Positions 14,314 to 21,591 of a DNA stretch of 28,295 bases are shown here, in pieces. Under the pieces are notes generated by a model that made no database searches, was not told the DNA's origin, and saw only the letters and a list, made by a program, of their open reading frames with translations. The position numbers and the translations under genes are program-made. Numbering within the stretch: the stretch's first letter is position 1; the number at the start of each line of letters is the position of its first letter. Source of the DNA: Burkholderiales bacterium (GTDB lineage: Bacteria; Pseudomonadota; Gammaproteobacteria; Burkholderiales; WYBJ01); assembly GCA_050741055.1 (NCBI GenBank), contig JBOIEI010000774.1, positions 1 through 28,295 on the forward strand. Reading direction: 5' to 3'.

Positions 14314-17205
14314 TTAGAACGCCGGCGGGCGCATGGGCGAGCGCTCGGGAGGCGCCTCGGCCGCGCCGCCTTCGAGCGATGCACGCTGCAGCATGTAGGC
14401 GAACGGTTTCGGCGCGCTATCGGCCGGGGCGTCCGGATCCGGCAGTGCCGTATAAACCTCGTGCACCGCGGTGAGCGCGGGGGTGCGCTCGAAGCGCACC
14501 AGCGCGAAGTTCGCGCGGAAGAGGATCTGGCGCGAGTGACGCAGCTTGTCGAACTGATCCTGGTGACGCGCAGCGACCGTCGCGTACGCGGCCATCTCTC
14601 GGCCCGGTTCGGCGCCATTTATGAGAATGCCCTGGATGCGCGCTTCATCGGGATCAAGCGGGCGCGGCCGGCCCGGCGGCGGGCGCTCGGTTTCGGGGCG
14701 CAGGTCGAGTGTGGGCTTCAGGCGCCACGACCAGTCGGGGAGACGACTCGCGGCGACCGTCGTGCCTTCGGGCCAGCCGAACGTCGGCATGAGCATGGGC
14801 GATTGATGCAGTTTCCGCCGCAGCACGGGCGGGATGTCGGCAAGCCCTGTGCCGTTCGCGAACACGAAGGCCTCGTCGTCCGCCTCGTTCCATCCCATGC
14901 GCTCGGCGCCGATGTCGGAGCGGATCATCCGCTGCGCGAACGAAAGCACGCGGTCGACCGCGCCGATGTACCAGGGCATCACGTTCTTGAGGCCGCTGCC
15001 GGTGAACTGGACGATCCGCGCCGGCACCGCCTCGCCCTCGGTCCAGTAGGAGAGCTCGGTGGCGGCGGAGTAGTGCACGTCGCCCGAGAGCAGCAGTACG
15101 CGGCGATGCTTCGAAAGGCGTTGCAGTAGCGCTTCCAGCGTGATCGGATCGAACGCCCAGGCCTCGATGGCATCCGGGTTGGTGCCGATCATGCGGCGCG
15201 TGCCGCGCCGCTTGAGCTCGGCTTTTGCTTTTTCTTCGTCCTTTTCTTCCTCTCCGGGGGAGGGGTTCAAGTCGCTGTAGAACTTCACGTCGAACACCCG
15301 GTACGCCGTCGGCGCGATCATCTCGTCGAGAAGCCCGGGGCCGAGCACCTGCAGGGGCGCGGCGACGACGAGCAGCTCGCAGCCGGCGGGCAGCGTTGCG
15401 GGAATCTGCTCCGCCTGCGCGGAAATCGCGACGTTTCCCGGTGGCCCTTCGCGCGACACGAAGCTGCGCCGCGTGCGGTTGTCGATGCCCACCAGCAGGT
15501 GCTTCGGTCCCGGCACCGAGAAGTGCCACTTGATCGGCGCATCGACCGCAGTGTACGAGCCGTCCACCGTGGGCTGCGGTCGCTGGTCGAGGCCGAAGAA
15601 GCGGTCGAGCGCATCGCAAACCGGCTTGGGCGGCACCGCGGGCGTGGCGGGCGGCGCGTTCAGATCCGATCGCGGCGGAAACATCGTCGCGATCGTTTCG
15701 AGCAGGCGTTTCGGATCGCCTCCGGGACCGGTGTCGTTGCGCTCGTTGAGATAGCGCACCGGATCATTGCCCCAGTCCTGGAACACGGCGTAGGAAGCGA
15801 GCGCGTTGCGCAGGATCGTACGCCCGAGCGTTGCGTTGTTGACCCGGTCGACCCAGATCGGATTCAGGTTCCAGTCGTCGGTCGCATCGTGATCGTCCAG
15901 GATCATGTAGGTCGGCACGTTCGCGAGCGTGCGCCGCACCTTCGGCAATGCCGCGTAGAATGCGCCGAGCTGATCCAGCTTCACCTTGTGCCGCTTCTGC
16001 AGGATCGTGCGCCGCACTTCCAGCTTGCAGGCCTCGACCTCCGCCTCTGTTGCCTTCTCCTTGCACTTTTCGTAGCGCTCGTCGCGACCCTCCTTTTGCG
16101 CGGTCAGACCGACGTCTGCGGGCGTGAGCGCGTTCCAGTCGTACTTCACGGCCGGGACATCGGGCGGGACGAGCGCCGTCGCCGGCGTGTTCTGCGGATG
16201 CAGGTCGAGAAACTCCGGCCACGCCGGCGGCAACGGCCAGCAGGCGTTGCACCAGACCATGAGATACATCGCCGCGAACTCGCCGAAGGCGAAGAGATGG
16301 CTTTCGCCGTCCACGGTCGTCATTTGCGCCTGGCGCAGTACCAGTTCCTGGCGGCGGCCCGGGGGAAAGGCGATGAGATCGATCGGCAGCGGCGTGGGTC
16401 CTCCCGGCTTCCAGCGGTTGGCCAACGGAACTTCGGGGTCGGTGCCCGGCTCGGTTTCAGGCTGGCTCTCGAGCTCGTAATCGATCGAGCACGTTTCGAC
16501 CGGCACGCGTGGCTTTGGGGCCGACAGGCTCGAATCGCCTTCGAACGTGCCGATCATCTCGTGGCCGAGGCGATTGATCAGAATGAGATGGCCGGGCCAC
16601 ACGTCGTCGGCGTAGATCTGGTCGCCGCCGAGCACCATCTGCTGCGGGCGCTTCAGTGCATTCTCGTACAGCTTCGTATCCGCGATGAAGTCGTCGATCA
16701 TCGCCATCGCGTCGGGATGCTCGTTCGTGGGGCGGCGGCACGAGCCGTACACGATGCGCAGTTCATCGAGTATCGCGGGCGGCAGGGCGAAGCTCGGCAG
16801 GAAATCGTCGACGTAGCCCAGCGCCAGATGCGGTCGCGCGAGCTCGGCCCCGCCGCCGTTGCTGCTCGGCTCGCTCTTCAGCAGGCCGAGCGATGCGAGG
16901 GTGTGGGTCGTGGCGCCGGCCGTGATCGCGACGTCATAGCTGTAGACGACGCCGGGCTTCAGGGCCTTCTCGGATTCCTTCGGGATGCGCGCGAGGGCCG
17001 TGACGACATGCAGTTGGTCTGCGCATCGCAGCGTCTGCGTCGGCGGATCGGACTTGAACAGGTGATCGAGGGCGCCGCTCTTGGTGCGGCCTTCGAACAG
17101 CGTGATCGTAACGCTCGCCGCGGCGCTGAACGCGAGCCAGACCGAGACCAGGTTCGGCTCGACGCGCCGAAGGATCGGACCTGTCAGGACGAGCGGCAGC
17201 GGCAC
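14314..17205 (-). CDS. PhoD-like (alkaline phosphatase D family) metallophosphoesterase, ~963 aa, no export signal; first gene of the operon
   Basis: PhoD metal-ligand motifs in the canonical order: YGSCRRP, GGDQIYADD, ILDDHDATDDWN, LLSGDVHY. There is an N-terminal GP.LRR..V.VW beta domain. The likely start is the GTG at 17205 (VPLPLVLTGPILRR), preceded by GGGGGG; the frame stays open to 17469. Confidence 0.85.
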   Translation of the reverse strand: MPLPLVLTGPILRRVEPNLVSVWLAFSAAASVTITLFEGRTKSGALDHLFKSDPPTQTLRCADQLHVVTALARIPKESEKALKPGVVYSYDVAITAGATTHTLASLGLLKSEPSSNGGGAELARPHLALGYVDDFLPSFALPPAILDELRIVYGSCRRPTNEHPDAMAMIDDFIADTKLYENALKRPQQMVLGGDQIYADDVWPGHLILINRLGHEMIGTFEGDSSLSAPKPRVPVETCSIDYELESQPETEPGTDPEVPLANRWKPGGPTPLPIDLIAFPPGRRQELVLRQAQMTTVDGESHLFAFGEFAAMYLMVWCNACWPLPPAWPEFLDLHPQNTPATALVPPDVPAVKYDWNALTPADVGLTAQKEGRDERYEKCKEKATEAEVEACKLEVRRTILQKRHKVKLDQLGAFYAALPKVRRTLANVPTYMILDDHDATDDWNLNPIWVDRVNNATLGRTILRNALASYAVFQDWGNDPVRYLNERNDTGPGGDPKRLLETIATMFPPRSDLNAPPATPAVPPKPVCDALDRFFGLDQRPQPTVDGSYTAVDAPIKWHFSVPGPKHLLVGIDNRTRRSFVSREGPPGNVAISAQAEQIPATLPAGCELLVVAAPLQVLGPGLLDEMIAPTAYRVFDVKFYSDLNPSPGEEEKDEEKAKAELKRRGTRRMIGTNPDAIEAWAFDPITLEALLQRLSKHRRVLLLSGDVHYSAATELSYWTEGEAVPARIVQFTGSGLKNVMPWYIGAVDRVLSFAQRMIRSDIGAERMGWNEADDEAFVFANGTGLADIPPVLRRKLHQSPMLMPTFGWPEGTTVAASRLPDWSWRLKPTLDLRPETERPPPGRPRPLDPDEARIQGILINGAEPGREMAAYATVAARHQDQFDKLRHSRQILFRANFALVRFERTPALTAVHEVYTALPDPDAPADSAPKPFAYMLQRASLEGGAAEAPPERSPMRPPAF

Positions 17206-17592
17206 GGTACCCCCCGTTCGATCGGCCGCGCGCTGCTCTGCGTGGCTGTTTCTTGTTCGTCGATCCGCACCGAGCGTGTTTCGACCGGCCGAACGATCGC
17301 GCCGATCAGGGACGCTGCCTTGGGCTGCGGACCAAGGAGCGTAACGCCATATCGACCCGGCATCCAGACCCGGATGCTCGCCAGCGTGAAAAAATGACGC
17401 GAACACGAGACGTCCGACTGACCGCTGCACCAGCGGACGGGGTCGGATCTCGAATCTTGCATCCGCCATCTCGGATCAGCGCAGAACGCGGCGAAATGGG
17501 GTCTTGCGGCTGCAACAAGCAAGATCTGACCAGCGCCTGGCAACGGTCTGTCCCGTGGCTGGGCGCAGCGCACCCGCTTGGAGAAGACGGCG

Positions 17593-18537
17593 CTACCCGA
17601 GATCGCCCAGCCGGCCTTCCTCACGCGCGATCCGCTCCAGGACGCGCACCGTCTGCACGCACGTCGGCATGCCGCAGTACGCGGTCGAGTGCACGATCAC
17701 TTCCAGCACTTCGCGCGCAGTGGCGCCGAGCAGCATTGCGCCGCGGATGTGGTTTTCCAGTTGCACCGGCTCATTGAGCGCGAGGCAAACGCCCACCATC
17801 ATGAGCAGCCGCGTACGATCGTCGATGATTGAGCGCGGGTACATCTCGCCGTAGATGAAGTCGTACCAGAGATGAAGGTAGTGCGGGTCGAGCCGATCGT
17901 AGGTATTGATGCCGTCGTTGCTCTGGTGATTCTGGGTGCGGATGCGGGTGCTGACACCTTTCCAGCCATACGTTTCGATCATCCGTTCGCGCCACGCGGC
18001 CTCCTCGTCCGATTTCGCAGGCGTCCACTTCGTACGCTCGGCGTCGAGCGAGCGCTGCGGCGTGCGCCCGTCCAGCGGCAGTTGGGTCTGCGTGATTTCG
18101 TCCAGGCGCCCGAGCCGCTCGAGCACTCGTACGCAGAGCTTGGCGCCGCGCCCCGCTTTGACATAGCCGATGTAAACGGTGCACTGCAGGATGATTTCGA
18201 GCACTTCGCGCGGCGTGGCGCCGGCGGCCAGGGCGCCTGGGATCTGGCGCTCGAGCTCCTCCATCTCGCTCATCGCCAGGAACTGCGCGATGGCGATGAG
18301 CAGCCGGGTTCGGTCATCGAGATTCTTGCGCGTGAAGAGGCCGCCGTAAGTGAACTCGAGCCACGAGCGCGTGTAGTGCTGATCGATACGGTCGCGCCAC
18401 TCGACTTCGTCGAGAAAATCGTCGGGGCGAAGACGCAGGCCGTTGTCGATGGCGGCCTCGTCGTACTTCTGCTGCAGACGGGCGATGCGGGTTGCCTTGC
18501 TGCGCTCTGTCGATGGCTTCTTTGTTCCTGCCGGCAT
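17593..18537 (-). CDS. Carboxymuconolactone decarboxylase (CMD/AhpD-like) family protein with two tandem domains, 314 aa
   Basis: Two copies of LDDRTRLL...GA...GAT.REVLE.I.....Y.G. Start is the ATG at 18537 (MPAGTKK) with an AAGGGGAAAGGA RBS. The upstream part of the 639-aa ORF-track entry is an alternative frame of the Bug gene. Confidence 0.88.
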   Translation of the reverse strand: MPAGTKKPSTERSKATRIARLQQKYDEAAIDNGLRLRPDDFLDEVEWRDRIDQHYTRSWLEFTYGGLFTRKNLDDRTRLLIAIAQFLAMSEMEELERQIPGALAAGATPREVLEIILQCTVYIGYVKAGRGAKLCVRVLERLGRLDEITQTQLPLDGRTPQRSLDAERTKWTPAKSDEEAAWRERMIETYGWKGVSTRIRTQNHQSNDGINTYDRLDPHYLHLWYDFIYGEMYPRSIIDDRTRLLMMVGVCLALNEPVQLENHIRGAMLLGATAREVLEVIVHSTAYCGMPTCVQTVRVLERIAREEGRLGDLG

Positions 18538-18566
18538 GATTCCTTTCCCCTTTGCTTGCGGCGCCG

Positions 18567-19529
18567 TCAATCCAGGCGCACCTGCGCGACCGTCGCGACT
18601 TTTTTCCACTTCTCGATCTCGCTCACAACGAAGCGCTTGAAGTCCTCGGCGCTGCCACCGCCGACATCGAACCCTGCGGTGACGAGGGTGGAATTCACGT
18701 CTCCGGACTCCAGAATGCGGGCGATCTCGGCGTTGAGCCTCGCAACGATCGCAGCGGGCGTTTCGGCGCGCGCCACCACGCCGTGCCAGGTGGCGGCTGC
18801 GAAGCCCTGGAAGCCGGCCTCGGCCATGGTCGGTACATCGGGGAAATCTTTCGAGCGCGCATTGGCCGCGATCGCGAGCGCGCGCAGCCTGCCCGATCTG
18901 AGGTGTTGGCGCGTGGTGCTGAAGGTCGAGAACGCACACGAGATGTTTCCGGCGATGAGATCCACCACGACGCTGGAGCTGCCCTTGTAAGGCACGTGGA
19001 CGAGCTTCACGCCGGCGACGCTGCTGAAGTATTCCGTCGTGAGATGAATGCCGGTTGCGATTCCCGGCGTGCCGTAGGTCAACTGGCCCGGGCGCGCTCT
19101 GGCGAGCTTGACCAATTCGGCGACCGATCGGGCAGGGACCGAGGCATGGACATGCAGCACATATGGCACCATCGTGGCGAGCACGATCGGCGCGATGTCC
19201 TGCAACGGATCGTACGGCGCGTTCACCTTGGTGACCGGCAGCACGGCAAGCGAGCTGATCGTTCCCATCGCGAGCGTATAGCCGTCGGCCGGCGCGCGCA
19301 GCATGGCCTCGGTGCCGATCAGGCTGCCGGCGCCCGGCCGGTTCTCGACGATCACCTGCTGCTTCAGGGCTCCGCTCAGCTTCGACGCGATCAGGCGTGC
19401 GACGGTATCGGTATCGCCACCGGGCGTGTACGGCACGATCAGCCGGATCGGTTTCGTGGGATACGATTGCGCGCCGGCCGCTGCTGCGAACGCAAGCAGC
19501 AGTGGCAGCCACATGGATGGTCGCATCAT
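18567..19529 (-). CDS. Bug/TctC-family tripartite tricarboxylate transporter substrate-binding protein
   Basis: Signal peptide (AAAGA/Q) and motifs YPTKPIRLIVPYTPGGDTD, ENRPGAG, APADGYTL, HVPYKG, FPDVPTMAEAG. Confidence 0.95.
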   Translation of the reverse strand: MMRPSMWLPLLLAFAAAAGAQSYPTKPIRLIVPYTPGGDTDTVARLIASKLSGALKQQVIVENRPGAGSLIGTEAMLRAPADGYTLAMGTISSLAVLPVTKVNAPYDPLQDIAPIVLATMVPYVLHVHASVPARSVAELVKLARARPGQLTYGTPGIATGIHLTTEYFSSVAGVKLVHVPYKGSSSVVVDLIAGNISCAFSTFSTTRQHLRSGRLRALAIAANARSKDFPDVPTMAEAGFQGFAAATWHGVVARAETPAAIVARLNAEIARILESGDVNSTLVTAGFDVGGGSAEDFKRFVVSEIEKWKKVATVAQVRLD

Positions 19530-19689
19530 GGACAGATACTCTGCGCTAGCACGCCAATTCGCACGCGCGCCGGAAAAGCTACAACCCGCAGTATATAGGC
19601 CGCTCGCTCCGAGGCGTAAAGCGCGAGTGCTGAATGCCGCCTCGACGCCGTGCCGGAACGCTTCGCTCGGCGGACGCTGAGCGCTGGGC

Positions 19690-19695
19690 TATGAT
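19690..19695 (+). promoter_or_regulatory. Possible sigma70 -10 element TATGAT for the oxidoreductase gene
   Basis: TATGAT lies ~37 bp upstream of the ATG at 19732, followed by a GAGGAGG RBS. No clear -35 element. Confidence 0.35.
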
Positions 19696-19731
19696 GCGCG
19701 GGTCGTTCGACCTTTCGAGGAGGAAGCCATC

Positions 19732-20781
19732 ATGCCTGATCCCATCCGCATCGGCGTCGTGGGCGCCGGAGCCAACACGCGCCGCTACCACATTCCGAAC
19801 CTGAAGAAGATCGCCGGCGTGGAGATCGCGACGGTGGTGAACCGCTCGCGCGCCTCGTCGGAGCAGGCGGCGAAGGAATTCGCCATCCCGCGCGTGCACG
19901 ACAGCTGGCAGGCGCTGGTGAACGATGCGGGCGTCGACGCCGTCGTCATCGGCACCTGGCCATACATGCACTGTCCCATCACGCTCGCGGCGCTCGCCGC
20001 CGGCAAGCACGTCCTCACCGAGGCGCGTATCGCGATGAACGCGGCCGAAGCGCGCCAGATGCTCGCCGCCTCGCGCGCACGGCCCGAGCTCGTGACCCAG
20101 GTCGTGCCGGGACCGACCACGTTCACGGTCGACCCGATGGTGATGCACTTGCTGGCCGACGGCTACATCGGCGAATTGCAGTCGCTCGATCTCAAGGTGC
20201 CGGGCGGCTGGCTCGACCGCGATGCGCCGCTGCACTGGCGCATGAATCGCGATTATTCCGGCATGAACATCATGTCGATGGGCATCTGGTACGAGTGCAT
20301 CTCGCGCTGGGTCGGCCCGGCCAAGGCCGTCATGGCGCGCACGCGCGTCGCCGTGCCGTATCGCCTGGACCAGGAGCGCGGGGAGCGCCGGCCGGTCGAG
20401 GTACCGGACCATGTCGAAGTGCTGGCCGACCTCGCCAACGGCGCGATCGCGCGGCTGCACCTGAGCTCGGTGGCCGGCTTCATGCCCGGTCCGGAAGCAT
20501 GGCTGTACGGATCCGAGGGCACGCTTCGGCTCGAGCTGCGGGGACGCGACAATCTCGTCTTGTCGGGCGGGAAGCGCGGCGACAAGGAGATGCAACCGAT
20601 CGCCATCCCGGCAGACAAGACCTACCGCTGGCGCGTGGAGGAGGAATTCATCGGCGCGATCCGCGGCCAGGGGCCGGTGCGCAGAACGTCGTTCGCCGAC
20701 GCGGTGAGCTATATGGATTTCACCGAAGCCGTGCACATCTCCAGCCGCGAAGGGCGGCGGGTGTGCCTGCCCCTGATCTAG
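19732..20781 (+). CDS. Gfo/Idh/MocA family NAD(P)-dependent oxidoreductase
   Basis: Rossmann motif IRIGVVGAG, DAVVIGTWPYMH, ALAAGKHVLTEAR, and a GAGGAGG RBS. Confidence 0.92.
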   Translation: MPDPIRIGVVGAGANTRRYHIPNLKKIAGVEIATVVNRSRASSEQAAKEFAIPRVHDSWQALVNDAGVDAVVIGTWPYMHCPITLAALAAGKHVLTEARIAMNAAEARQMLAASRARPELVTQVVPGPTTFTVDPMVMHLLADGYIGELQSLDLKVPGGWLDRDAPLHWRMNRDYSGMNIMSMGIWYECISRWVGPAKAVMARTRVAVPYRLDQERGERRPVEVPDHVEVLADLANGAIARLHLSSVAGFMPGPEAWLYGSEGTLRLELRGRDNLVLSGGKRGDKEMQPIAIPADKTYRWRVEEEFIGAIRGQGPVRRTSFADAVSYMDFTEAVHISSREGRRVCLPLI

Positions 20782-20829
20782 CTCGCGTCGATAGCCGCCG
20801 ATGCTCCCGCCTCGGCTCTGGCAGGGCCA

Positions 20830-21591
20830 ATGGCAATGACGGATACGAACCGATCCGATTCCCCCGGACCCGGGGAACCGGTCGCCGCAGCCGCTGCGGG
20901 CATGCGACTGGCGGTCCTCGAGGACGATGCCAGCCAGTCGACGATGCTGGTGACCTGGCTGTCGGAGGCGGGACACGTCTGCCACGCATTCACCACCGGC
21001 AAGGCGCTGGTGCATGCCCTCGGCCGCGAAAGCTACGACCTGCTGCTGGTCGATTGGCAAGTGCCCGAGATGAATGGGCCGCAAGTGCTGGACTGGGTAA
21101 GGAACAGCCTCGGCAGCGCGGTTCCGGTCATCTTCGTGACGGCTCAGGAGAGCGAAGCCGCCATCGTGCAGGCGCTGGCGTCGGGCGCCGACGACTATCT
21201 CGTCAAGCCCGTACGCCGGATGGAACTGCTTGCCCGGGTGGGCGCGCTGTTACGGCGCAGCCACGGCTTGCTCGCACGCGCCGAGACGCTGGTCGTGCCG
21301 CCGTACCGGATCGACAGCAAGGCGCGGCGGATCGAGCTGCATGCGATGCCAGTGGAGCTTACCGAGAAGGAGTTCGAGCTCGCCCTGTTCCTGTTTCGCG
21401 AGCTGGGGCACGTGCTCTCGCGCGGGCACATCCTGGAGTGCGTCTGGGGCCGCAATGCCGGTGTTCTGACGCGCACGGTGGATACGCACATGAGCCGGCT
21501 GCGCGCCAAGCTGCAGATCGGACCGGAGAACGGGCTGCGCCTCACCTCGGTCTACAACTATGGCTACCGGCTGGAGACGGTGGGTGACTGA
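20830..21591 (+). CDS. OmpR/PhoB-family response regulator (receiver domain plus winged helix)
   Basis: Receiver motifs LEDD, LLVDW, FVTA, GADDYLVKP; wHTH motifs LTEKEFEL, RTVDTHMSRLRAKL, GYRL. The start could be 20830, 20836 or 20902. Confidence 0.95.
   Translation: MAMTDTNRSDSPGPGEPVAAAAAGMRLAVLEDDASQSTMLVTWLSEAGHVCHAFTTGKALVHALGRESYDLLLVDWQVPEMNGPQVLDWVRNSLGSAVPVIFVTAQESEAAIVQALASGADDYLVKPVRRMELLARVGALLRRSHGLLARAETLVVPPYRIDSKARRIELHAMPVELTEKEFELALFLFRELGHVLSRGHILECVWGRNAGVLTRTVDTHMSRLRAKLQIGPENGLRLTSVYNYGYRLETVGD

Noticed and set aside
14307..14618. 104-aa N-terminal extension of the DUF6603-like ORF
   Set aside because: It overlaps the PhoD-like C-terminus in another frame. A good RBS and ATG exist at 14306.
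1599..17205. Interpretation as a prophage, eCIS/T6SS, Tc toxin or known anti-phage system
   Set aside because: I recognise no sheath, tube, baseplate, VgrG, terminase, RHS/YD, NTPase or nuclease motifs. Remote structural homology cannot be excluded without modelling.
17517..17533. Possible sigma54 promoter CTGGTCAGATCTTGC on the minus strand, upstream of the operon
   Set aside because: The GG-to-GC spacing is 9 nt, not the required 10.
18538..19512. Apparent 639-aa fusion ORF extending the CMD gene
   Set aside because: The extension is an alternative frame of the Bug gene at 18567-19529. The CMD gene has its own RBS and ATG at 18537.
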